A stretch of 55,918 nucleotides of DNA. Source: Candidatus Woesearchaeota archaeon. GTDB lineage: Archaea; Nanobdellota; Nanobdellia; Pacearchaeales; UBA284. The stretch covers positions 1-55,918 of the forward strand of contig CAZRGF010000006.1 of NCBI GenBank assembly GCA_964599615.1, read 5' to 3'. The first letter of the stretch is position 1, and each line of letters opens with the position of its first letter. The position numbers were made by a program, and so were the translations under genes. This document shows, piece after piece, positions 47,756 through 55,918 of this stretch. The notes beneath the pieces are model-generated. The model searched no databases, had not been told where the DNA came from, and was given only the letters and a program-made list of their open reading frames with translations.

Positions 47756-48343
47756 ATGATGAAATTATTTGATTTATTCGAAACTGAAGGTGTAATTGTA
47801 ACTGATCCTGGTTTGAAAGGTTACATTAATCTAGATCCTAGATTAATCATCAAGAACCATGGTAGAGCAAGAGAAAAATTTACTCGAATGAAAGTGAGTA
47901 TTGTTGAAAAATTAATTAATGAATTAGCTGTTCCAGGACACAGGGGAAAAAAACATAAAATAATAACAAGAGTTGCTGGAAAACATACTCGAGAGACAAA
48001 TGTAATTATTAAAACTCTTAAAATAATTCAGAAACAAACTAATCAAAATCCTTTACAAATTTTAGTCAAAGCAATTGAGAACTCAAGTCCAAGGGATGAA
48101 GTAACTGCTATTGAATATGGCGGGGCAAAATATCCCCAAGCAGTTGATATCTCACCAACAAGAAGATTATCTTTAGCATTAAGAAATATTGTACACGGGG
48201 CTTATGATAAATCTTTTAATAAAAAGAAAAAAATCTATGAAGTTTTAGCTGATGAATTAATAAAAGCTTCAGAGAATTCTAGTGATTGTTTTTCAATCAC
48301 CAAGAAGAATGAGATGGAAAAACAAGCTGATTCTGCAAGATAG
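47756..48343 (+). CDS. rpsG: 30S ribosomal protein uS7
   Basis: NPLQILVKAIEN..PR.E, AVDISP.RR, EKQADSAR. Confidence 0.97.
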   Translation: MMKLFDLFETEGVIVTDPGLKGYINLDPRLIIKNHGRAREKFTRMKVSIVEKLINELAVPGHRGKKHKIITRVAGKHTRETNVIIKTLKIIQKQTNQNPLQILVKAIENSSPRDEVTAIEYGGAKYPQAVDISPTRRLSLALRNIVHGAYDKSFNKKKKIYEVLADELIKASENSSDCFSITKKNEMEKQADSAR

Positions 48344-48397
48344 ATATATATCCTGAAGTATAGAATTCTTTTTAAAGTAGATTTGTTCTTTATTAAA

Positions 48398-49603
48398 ATG
48401 ATAGAGCGTCATCCTTTTGAAGAACGAAATCCTATGGAGTGTTCAACAAAAGTTAGAGTTTTAGATAAACATTTGTCCTTTGGACTTTCTTTGGCGAGTT
48501 ATTTGGAAGAAGGAAATCTTTCTGTTTCACCATTAAATATTATGATTGCTTTAGCAATGTTATATGAAGGAGCAACAAGAGAAACTGCAGAACAGATAGC
48601 AAAAGTCGCTAAAATAGATACTACGCGCTTGACAAGACATGAAGGATTTAAACAACTTACAGATGCTTTAAATCCAACTAATGCTGCATACACCTTGAAA
48701 TGTGCTAATGCATTATGGGTGGATAATGGCTTTCCAATAAACTCCGAGTTTAAAGGGATTTTGGAAGATTGTTATAAAGCGCAGGTCTATCCTGCAGATT
48801 TTCAGGGGAATCCTAGACAAGAAGAATTAAGAATCAATCAATGGGTAAAAGAGAGAACAGAAGGAAAAATTTTAAAAGTATTTTCCGAAGGTTCTATTGA
48901 TCCACTTACTGGGCTTATTCTTCCAAATGTATTATATTTTAAAGCATCATGGCGAAACAGATTTAATCCAAAATATACCCAAGAACAAGATTTTACATTA
49001 TCAAGTGGAAAAGTTGTGAGTGTGAATATGATGAGAAAAGGGGAGGTTGAGTCTAGAAGGAAATTACCAAAGTTCCAGTATCATAAAAATGATATCGCAC
49101 AAACACTTGTTCTGCCATATAAAGGGGGCAAATTGTTCAATGTTATTATCTTGCCTGATGAAGGAGTTAGTACAAAATGTTTAGAATCATATCTAAAGGG
49201 GGGTAAAGCAAAAGCATTTGGATTAAATGGAGAAACTCATGAAACTGAATTTTCAAGATTAGAACTGCCAGTACATGAGCTTAGGACTAGCTGTGATCTA
49301 AAAGAACCATTAAGAAGGATGGGGATTGAGAGATTATTTTGTGATAACGCACAATTAGATAAAATGTATTCAGAATCAGTGGTAGGCCCCCCTCTTTATG
49401 TCAAGTCAATTAAACATCAAACATACTTCAAGACAAATGAAGAAGGTTCAGAAGGAGCTGCTGTAACTTTTCCTGAAGTTGTAGCTTTAGATGGTGGAGG
49501 GCCCTTGCCAGCAGAATTTGTAGTTGAGAGACCTTTTATAGAGGCAGTTGTAGATAAATTAGGCAATGTCTTATTCTTGAATAGGGTTGAAGATCCAAGA
49601 TAA
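48398..49603 (+). CDS. Serpin family protease inhibitor
   Basis: NLSVSP, INQWVKERTEGKI, NVLYFKASW, NEEGSEGAAVT hinge, ERPF, RVEDP. Confidence 0.93.
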   Translation: MIERHPFEERNPMECSTKVRVLDKHLSFGLSLASYLEEGNLSVSPLNIMIALAMLYEGATRETAEQIAKVAKIDTTRLTRHEGFKQLTDALNPTNAAYTLKCANALWVDNGFPINSEFKGILEDCYKAQVYPADFQGNPRQEELRINQWVKERTEGKILKVFSEGSIDPLTGLILPNVLYFKASWRNRFNPKYTQEQDFTLSSGKVVSVNMMRKGEVESRRKLPKFQYHKNDIAQTLVLPYKGGKLFNVIILPDEGVSTKCLESYLKGGKAKAFGLNGETHETEFSRLELPVHELRTSCDLKEPLRRMGIERLFCDNAQLDKMYSESVVGPPLYVKSIKHQTYFKTNEEGSEGAAVTFPEVVALDGGGPLPAEFVVERPFIEAVVDKLGNVLFLNRVEDPR

Positions 49604-49666
49604 TTATCCTAAGAAATATATTTTTTATTACATAAATCTTTATAAGTTCTTTTCTGATTTTGTTTC

Positions 49667-50569
49667 ATGCCAATTATTGATCTTTCACCTGGAGAAGTTT
49701 TTCTTCTGTTAAAAAATGAGCATGGTCTTTCTTCAAATGATTCTAATGAGTGGATGAAAAATGGAGCATATATGGGAATTGTTGAAAGACACAAAAAATT
49801 GAATAAAGATAAGGGAAAAATCTTCAGTAAAAAAAATTCAGCTGTTTGTGTTAATATAATTGAAAGTGAAGATTATGCGAATATTTATGACTCTAGTGGA
49901 TTGTTTAGTTCTTTGGTTTATAACTTAAGGGCAGACAGAGTTTATTCTGGATTAGAAGACGTTGTTTCAAGACTAAAAGAAATAAACCACAGGACAGGCA
50001 GCAATTCAGATGATGGCTTTAATGATACAATCCATGTTGAAAATTATGTTGCGAGGTATGTGACATCTTTTGCAGAAACAAGATTTGCTGAAAGCGAATC
50101 AGATGGAAGAAAACCACAGCCAACTGAAGAAAAAGAGGTTCCAGAGTGCCTTATTAAAGAATTTTGCGATATACCCTTTGATGGCAGATTCTTACTTCTG
50201 CCAGATGATTTTTCAAAAGATAGTACTTTTTATATGGGTGAGTTATTTAGGTCTTCAACAAAAATTAGAAGATCAAAAACAAGATTTAGCGAAGCAAAAA
50301 AAGAAGGAACTATTGGGTGCCATAGGGGATTTTTATTTAAAATAGTTCTAGGAGAAGATAGGGCAATTATTTCAGAAGTAGATTCAAGTAGATATTCAAG
50401 TGATGCAAGAGTGAACCTCAATTTGAATAAAGACCGACTTTATTTTGATAGAAAAGGAATTGATTTAGCTGTTTCTTGGGTTGCAGACAGCAGATGCAGA
50501 GCAGATACAAGAAACTATGTTGCTCAATATCTCAAAGAATTTTCAGAAAAAAGTATAATCGCAAGATAG
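49667..50569 (+). CDS. Hypothetical protein
   Basis: 300-aa ORF; TTTATAAG 28 nt upstream. Confidence 0.6.
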   Translation: MPIIDLSPGEVFLLLKNEHGLSSNDSNEWMKNGAYMGIVERHKKLNKDKGKIFSKKNSAVCVNIIESEDYANIYDSSGLFSSLVYNLRADRVYSGLEDVVSRLKEINHRTGSNSDDGFNDTIHVENYVARYVTSFAETRFAESESDGRKPQPTEEKEVPECLIKEFCDIPFDGRFLLLPDDFSKDSTFYMGELFRSSTKIRRSKTRFSEAKKEGTIGCHRGFLFKIVLGEDRAIISEVDSSRYSSDARVNLNLNKDRLYFDRKGIDLAVSWVADSRCRADTRNYVAQYLKEFSEKSIIAR

Positions 50570-50614
50570 AAACTTCTTAGAAACCTTTTTAAACATTCTT
50601 TTGATAAACAGTTT

Positions 50615-52804
50615 ATGGCACAGAAAGAATCAAGGATAGATAAGTTCAAAAGACTTGTAAGCCAGCAAGATCATATCAGAAATGTCTGCACTAGTGCACA
50701 CATTCATCATGGAAAAACAGCTATGACTGATAATCTTTTAGCTGCAGCAGGCATGATGGCAAGCAAGAATGCAGGTGATTTAGATTCTGGGATGATGACT
50801 TGGCAGCATTCTGATGAGCAAGAAAGATTGCTTACAGTTGATTCTGCAAATGTTTCTATGGTTCATGATTTTCAAGGAGAAGAATTTTTGATTAATCTGA
50901 TTGATACACCGGGGCACGTTGATTTTTCAGGAAATGTTACAAGAGCAATGAGAGCAATTGATGGAACAATTGTCCTTATATGCGCTTCTGAAGGGATTAT
51001 GCCACAAACAGAAACAGTAATCAAGCAAGCTTTAAAAGAAAGAGTCAAGCCAGTTTTATTCATCAATAAATTTGACAGATTGATTAAAGAATTAAAATTA
51101 ACTCCCGAAGCAATGCAGGAGAGAGTAATCAAGATAATTGCGAGTTTCAACAAACTCATCTCAAAAATTGCTGAGCCAGAATATAAAGAAAAATGGCAGG
51201 TCAATATTGCTGATGGAAGTGTCGCTTTTGGAAGTGCTAGAGACAATTGGGCTTTGTCATTGCCTTTTATGAAAAAGAAAAATGTTTCTTTCAAAGATAT
51301 TGCTAAGATTTATGATATGACTGAAGATGAAAGAAGAGATTGGTGTTGGAAATATGCTCCTTTGTATGAAGTTATCTTAGATATGATTATAAAACATCAT
51401 CCAAGCCCTGTAGAAGCCCAGAAATACAGAATTCCAAAAATCTGGCATGGCGATCCTGAAAGTGAAATTGGAAAAGATTTGATAAATTGCAACCCAAATG
51501 GAAAAGTTGCTTTTGTTGTTACAAAAATAGTCATTGATCAAAAAACTGGCAAAGAACTTGCTGTTGGAAGATTATTCTCGGGAACTGTTCGAGAAGGAAT
51601 GGAAGTTTATCTTAATAATGCTAAGTCAAGACAAAAACTTCAGCAAGTTTTTATTTATGACGGAATCAAGGCAGAACCTCTTCCAGAGATTCCTGCTGGA
51701 AATGTTTTAGCTCTTGGGGGAATATCAACTAGCACTAGCGAGACTGTAACCTCAGAACCCGAGCAGTCATTTGAAGAAATCAGGCATATCTTTGAGCCAG
51801 TTGTCACCCAGGCAATTGAATCTAAAATAGCTGCTGATCTTCCAAAGTTGATTTCTGTTCTAAAGCAAGTAGGAAAAGAAGACCCATGCATCAAAGTCCA
51901 GATTAATGAAGAAACAGGACAACATCTAATCAGTGGAATGGGAGAATTACATCTTGAAATTGTAACTAACAGAATCAGGACTGAAAAAAATGTGCAAATC
52001 AGTACTACGCCACCAATTGTAGTTTATAGAGAAAGCATAAACAAAGCAAGCGGAGAATTTGAAGGAAGATCTCCTAACAAACATAATGTTTTCTTCTTGA
52101 CTGTTGAGCCTTTAGAAGAACCGGTTTATGATGCAATAAAAGCAGGAGAAATCCCCAACATGAAAATCAAGAAAAAAGATGATATCCTAGCGACTAAGCT
52201 TAGAAGTCTTGGGGTCCCTAATGATGAAATCAGGCAATATAGGGAAATTTATGATAACTGTGTTTTTTTAGATAAAACAAAAGGAGAAGTTCATATCGGA
52301 GAAGTCATAGAATTAGTTATGGAAGCTTTTGAACAGATTGTAGATTATGGGGTTTTAGCCAGAGAACCTTGCGTAAGATTAAAAGTTTCTTTAGTTGATA
52401 CTAAACTCCATGAAGACGCAATTCATAGAGGACCTGCACAAGTCCTTCCAGCTGTAAGAGATGCTATCAGATTATGCATCTTAGATGCTAAACCCATTTT
52501 ATTTGAGCCAATACAACAATTAAGAATAGATACCCCTGAAAGATATATCAATGATGTCACAAGGATAGTACAGAGCAGAAGGGGGCAGATGATGGGCATA
52601 GAGCAAGAAGAAGATAGATTTGTTGTTAATTGTACTTTGCCTGTTGGCGAGATGTTTGGCTTGAGCAATGAATTAAGATCTTCTACTGAAGGAAGAGCTA
52701 ATTTCTTTTTAGTTAATCAGTCTTTCAATAGAGTTCCTTCTGACTTGCAAGATAAAATCATAAGACAAATCAGGCAGAGAAAAGGATTGGCTGAAGCACA
52801 ATAA
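50615..52804 (+). CDS. fusA: Translation elongation factor aEF-2
   Basis: NLIDTPGHVDF, INKFD, GMGELHLE, diphthamide loop LHEDAIHRGPAQ. Confidence 0.97.
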   Translation: MAQKESRIDKFKRLVSQQDHIRNVCTSAHIHHGKTAMTDNLLAAAGMMASKNAGDLDSGMMTWQHSDEQERLLTVDSANVSMVHDFQGEEFLINLIDTPGHVDFSGNVTRAMRAIDGTIVLICASEGIMPQTETVIKQALKERVKPVLFINKFDRLIKELKLTPEAMQERVIKIIASFNKLISKIAEPEYKEKWQVNIADGSVAFGSARDNWALSLPFMKKKNVSFKDIAKIYDMTEDERRDWCWKYAPLYEVILDMIIKHHPSPVEAQKYRIPKIWHGDPESEIGKDLINCNPNGKVAFVVTKIVIDQKTGKELAVGRLFSGTVREGMEVYLNNAKSRQKLQQVFIYDGIKAEPLPEIPAGNVLALGGISTSTSETVTSEPEQSFEEIRHIFEPVVTQAIESKIAADLPKLISVLKQVGKEDPCIKVQINEETGQHLISGMGELHLEIVTNRIRTEKNVQISTTPPIVVYRESINKASGEFEGRSPNKHNVFFLTVEPLEEPVYDAIKAGEIPNMKIKKKDDILATKLRSLGVPNDEIRQYREIYDNCVFLDKTKGEVHIGEVIELVMEAFEQIVDYGVLAREPCVRLKVSLVDTKLHEDAIHRGPAQVLPAVRDAIRLCILDAKPILFEPIQQLRIDTPERYINDVTRIVQSRRGQMMGIEQEEDRFVVNCTLPVGEMFGLSNELRSSTEGRANFFLVNQSFNRVPSDLQDKIIRQIRQRKGLAEAQ

Positions 52805-52806
52805 CT

Positions 52807-53511
52807 CTACTTAAGAAGTTTTATTTCTTTGACACCATGTTCTCTAAATTCTTGTTCAATTGCTTCTCCAATTTTTCTTCCTGGTTTTTGTTCTTCATAT
52901 GCGATTGGCAAAAGTGGTAAAACATGCGACATGGAATAAAATGGAACTCCTCTCTTAACAATAGCATCTTGGACAGTTGTTCTGTCGTCTCTTAATTGGT
53001 CCCTGTTTGTCAACCCAATTGCTGAACAAACAGAAGTTTTTGCTTCTAATAATCTATCAGTTGTTTTTAAAAGAGATTCGCCAGTTGTTATTACATCTTC
53101 AACAAGAGCAACTGCGCCTCTGGCAGAGCCAATGAAATATCTATCTTTTATATCTCCATGTTCTTTGGGACATGCTCTTACCATTGCAAAAGAATATCTT
53201 CCTTTTTTGTAATCTGTTCTTTTTTTAGCATATTCCCCTTGGATGAGGCTTCCTAAAGTAGATGCTCCTTCAGGGACTCCCATGATTGTGTCTGGAAGTG
53301 TTTGCTCTTCAGATATGCTGTGAATAAAAGGAATTATGAACTCATCAATCACCTGATAAGTTGTGTAAACATCTTCTAGAAGTGATCTCCAGTTAAGGTA
53401 AAAGTGAGATAATCTGCCTGATTTTAGCGGGTTAGGTTTTTCGCGAAAACCAATAACATTGTCAAGAATAAATCTATTGAATTTTTCTTGGTCAAATTGG
53501 GGCATGTCCAT
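52807..53511 (-). CDS. pyrE: Orotate phosphoribosyltransferase-like protein
   Basis: LKSGRLS.FY.N.R, R..PKEHG, VEDVITTGES. Confidence 0.8.
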   Translation of the reverse strand: MDMPQFDQEKFNRFILDNVIGFREKPNPLKSGRLSHFYLNWRSLLEDVYTTYQVIDEFIIPFIHSISEEQTLPDTIMGVPEGASTLGSLIQGEYAKKRTDYKKGRYSFAMVRACPKEHGDIKDRYFIGSARGAVALVEDVITTGESLLKTTDRLLEAKTSVCSAIGLTNRDQLRDDRTTVQDAIVKRGVPFYSMSHVLPLLPIAYEEQKPGRKIGEAIEQEFREHGVKEIKLLK

Positions 53512-53620
53512 AAATAATTAAAATAAATCTCTTTTTTAAGCATTTATATGCTTTAAAGATAGTTTTTTATAGTATTTTTTGTTTATTTATTAAGAGATTT
53601 ATTTAAAAAAAGAGACAAAC

Positions 53621-54175
53621 ATGAAATCAAAAAAAGTCATTGCATTAATAGGACCTATTGCTTCTGGAAAAGGGACAGCAGCTGATTTTTTCTCCAAAAA
53701 GGGCTTTAAACAGATCACTATGAGTAATTTTTTAAGAACAGAAGCTAGAAAAAGAAAAGTAAAACCAGACCGAAAGTATTTCAGGAAATTACAAGCTGAA
53801 TTAAGAAAAGAATTTGGGCCAAATATCTTAGTAGAGAAGGCAATTGAAAAAATAAAAAATAGTAAAGAAGAAAAGTTTGTTATTGACGGCTTGAGGGATT
53901 ATAGGGAAGCTAAATTCGCAAAGAGAAAATTAAAATTAAAAATAATCTTTATTGATGCAAGCCCTTATGTAAGGTATCAAAGACAAAAACAAAGGGCAAG
54001 ACACGGCTTTTCAGATACTTATCAAGAGTTTTTGCATGAAGATGCAAGAGAAAATGCTATTTTTGATTTTCATAAAACAATGAAGTTAGCTGATTTTAGG
54101 GTTTTTAGTGATGGGGGAAGAGAAGATTTGCATAAACAGTTAGCAAAATTATATGGAAAATTGGGGATAAAATAA
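53621..54175 (+). CDS. P-loop NMP kinase-like protein (dephospho-CoA kinase-like)
   Basis: GPIASGKGT, VIDGLR, R..R...R.R lid. Confidence 0.8.
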   Translation: MKSKKVIALIGPIASGKGTAADFFSKKGFKQITMSNFLRTEARKRKVKPDRKYFRKLQAELRKEFGPNILVEKAIEKIKNSKEEKFVIDGLRDYREAKFAKRKLKLKIIFIDASPYVRYQRQKQRARHGFSDTYQEFLHEDARENAIFDFHKTMKLADFRVFSDGGREDLHKQLAKLYGKLGIK

Positions 54176-54616
54176 TCAGGCCACCTGTAATTCTGGGCGT
54201 ATCGCAAGAACAGCTTCATTTACTCTATCAACTAGAGTATTTATACAATCATATTCTGTTGAGACATAATTATAAGCCCCACCAAGCATAGCTTGAGCTC
54301 CCCTTGTAACAGTATCTGTGATTACAATTATTGGTGGTGCTCTTTTTCCATATAATTTCCATGCTTTTTCAGTAATATAATCGCAAAACTTTGTTGGATC
54401 TGTAACAATATCTGGGCTTGTTAAATCCAAAACAACTGCTACTGGTTTTTGACTTAGCAATTGGTGTTCTAAACACGCAAAATTGGGAAAATAAGGATAA
54501 ACAGATTCATTTAAAATAGAATAACCTTCTTTAGATAAAACTTTTTTAACTTGCTTGGTGAGTGGGCATCTTGTTTTGAAACTATCTTGAGTTGAGGAAT
54601 ATAATATGCCTGCCAT
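54176..54616 (-). CDS. Degenerate receiver (REC)-like domain protein
   Basis: VVLDLTSP, PPIIVIT, A..GGAYNYV; TATA 28 nt before ATG 54616. Confidence 0.5.
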   Translation of the reverse strand: MAGILYSSTQDSFKTRCPLTKQVKKVLSKEGYSILNESVYPYFPNFACLEHQLLSQKPVAVVLDLTSPDIVTDPTKFCDYITEKAWKLYGKRAPPIIVITDTVTRGAQAMLGGAYNYVSTEYDCINTLVDRVNEAVLAIRPELQVA

Positions 54617-54721
54617 TTTTTTATTAGAACAAGGGATATTTAAAGATTTATGTAACAATTTGCAATAAACCTTTTAATTAATTTGAGAAACAGTGGCTAA
54701 AATAAAAACATTTTTATATAC

Positions 54722-54739
54722 AACCTAACTAATTAGGTT
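54722..54739. promoter_or_regulatory. Putative operator of the HTH-10 regulator, site 1
   Basis: AACCTAACTAATTAGGTT between the TATA box and ATG 54740. Confidence 0.65.
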
Positions 54740-55393
54740 ATGTGGATTTGTAAGCTAAAAATAAAACATGATTGCATCATAGGGACAAGGTGTGAAAAGT
54801 TTCAAGTGACTGACACTGGTGTTTCTTTTAACAATTACAGGGAAAAAAGAGTCACCTATTCACCGCAAATCAATACTTTACAGGGCGAGAAAGAGAATAT
54901 TAAAAAATTTTTGAATGATATCAAGAAAGATAAAAGAATTAGAAATTTAGAAATTGAAGGAAATTCTTTCTTTCTCGTAGAAGTTAGAAAAGAGAAAATT
55001 CCTTCTACCTTTAAGACAGAGAAGTTAATTTTTGTCAAACCAATTTTTGTAGATAAACAAGGTTATGAGTTTTGGGAGATTGCATCTTGGAATAGAGAAA
55101 ACCTGAATGAATTTATTAATAACGTCAGAAAAGAGATCAAAGACATTGAAATTTTAAGAATGCAGAAAACAAAGCTTACTGATATTTATTTTCCGAGATT
55201 AATGCCAAATCTTACTGATAATCAGAAGAGGGCAATTGAACTTGCTTTTGAAAATAATTATTATAATTTTCCTAAAGGAGCTAAGATGGAAAAACTTGCT
55301 AAAATCATGAAAGTTTCAACCCCCACTTTTTGTGAACATCTGAAAAAAGCTGAAAAGAAGTTAATGCCCAATGTAATTAATTCTATGAAATAA
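54740..55393 (+). CDS. HTH-10 (bacterio-opsin activator-type) transcription regulator
   Basis: LTDNQKRAIELAFENNYYNFPK...LAK...S..T..EHLKKAEKK. Confidence 0.9.
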   Translation: MWICKLKIKHDCIIGTRCEKFQVTDTGVSFNNYREKRVTYSPQINTLQGEKENIKKFLNDIKKDKRIRNLEIEGNSFFLVEVRKEKIPSTFKTEKLIFVKPIFVDKQGYEFWEIASWNRENLNEFINNVRKEIKDIEILRMQKTKLTDIYFPRLMPNLTDNQKRAIELAFENNYYNFPKGAKMEKLAKIMKVSTPTFCEHLKKAEKKLMPNVINSMK

Positions 55394-55408
55394 TTGGTGG
55401 TTTTTCTA

Positions 55409-55426
55409 ACCCTAATATATTAGGGT
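55409..55426. promoter_or_regulatory. Putative operator of the HTH-10 regulator, site 2
   Basis: Perfect palindrome ACCCTAATATATTAGGGT just upstream of a TATA-like box. Confidence 0.65.
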
Positions 55427-55504
55427 AAATTTTAATATAACCAAATTGGCACTATTATTTAGTAGTTAAAATTAAACAAATAAATTTGATGGAGGAAGAA
55501 TAAA

Positions 55505-55819
55505 ATGCATGATGAAGATGAAAACCACTATGATGGGTATGGAAATTATACAGGGTATACAAGAAGAAGGGTAAGTGATTTACCTGGTGCTTGTTTCGTA
55601 GCAACTGCCGTTTATGGAGATATAAACCACCCACAAGTATGTGCTTTAAGAAGAATAAGAGATAAGGTTTTGAGAAGGAATGTACTTGGAAGAGCATTTG
55701 TTAACTTTTATTATTCTGGAGTTGGAAAAACAGTTGCTGAATTAGTGAAACAAAAATTCCCTAGAACAATTCCAACAATACAGGCTGGTCTTGATAGGGT
55801 TATAGACAAATTCGGGTAG
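55505..55819 (+). CDS. CFI-box-CTERM domain protein
   Basis: CFVATAVYG....V..LR..RD..L....GRAFV.FYY; GGAGG SD. Confidence 0.85.
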   Translation: MHDEDENHYDGYGNYTGYTRRRVSDLPGACFVATAVYGDINHPQVCALRRIRDKVLRRNVLGRAFVNFYYSGVGKTVAELVKQKFPRTIPTIQAGLDRVIDKFG

Positions 55820-55918
55820 AGATAAAAATTGATTGATTGAATTTTTTATTTTTTTATTTTTTATTAAAGCTTAGCAAGAAATCTGTCTGTTTTAACTGAC
55901 AGATGAATTGCGCCTTTC

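Overview
AT-rich archaeal chromosome segment, most consistent with a DPANN lineage (Pacearchaeota/Woesearchaeota-like). This rests on archaeal-type r-proteins (eS19, eL39, eL31, eL24, eS28, L7Ae), aEF-2, Kae1, Cbf5-like synthase, PriL, TrmB regulators and TATA boxes about 28 nt before many start codons. Housekeeping genes are interleaved with surface and secreted proteins, a type IV pilus-like cluster, and unexpected genes (FabH-like synthase with an internal duplication, serpin, RlpA-like protein, LMW-PTP-HIT fusion, stand-alone AEP). I saw no tRNA, rRNA, CRISPR array, transposase or integrase. The most notable unexplained signal is an intergenic element with a palindromic core (consensus CACAACGTTGTG) forming the bulge of a two-stem hairpin with compensatory changes: 4 clear copies plus 1 degenerate, two of them bracketing a single gene. 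A 72-bp exact direct repeat brackets another small gene, and a 42-aa CC1-like chromatin protein gene is missing from the ORF track. All family assignments come from motif recognition by eye, not database searches.
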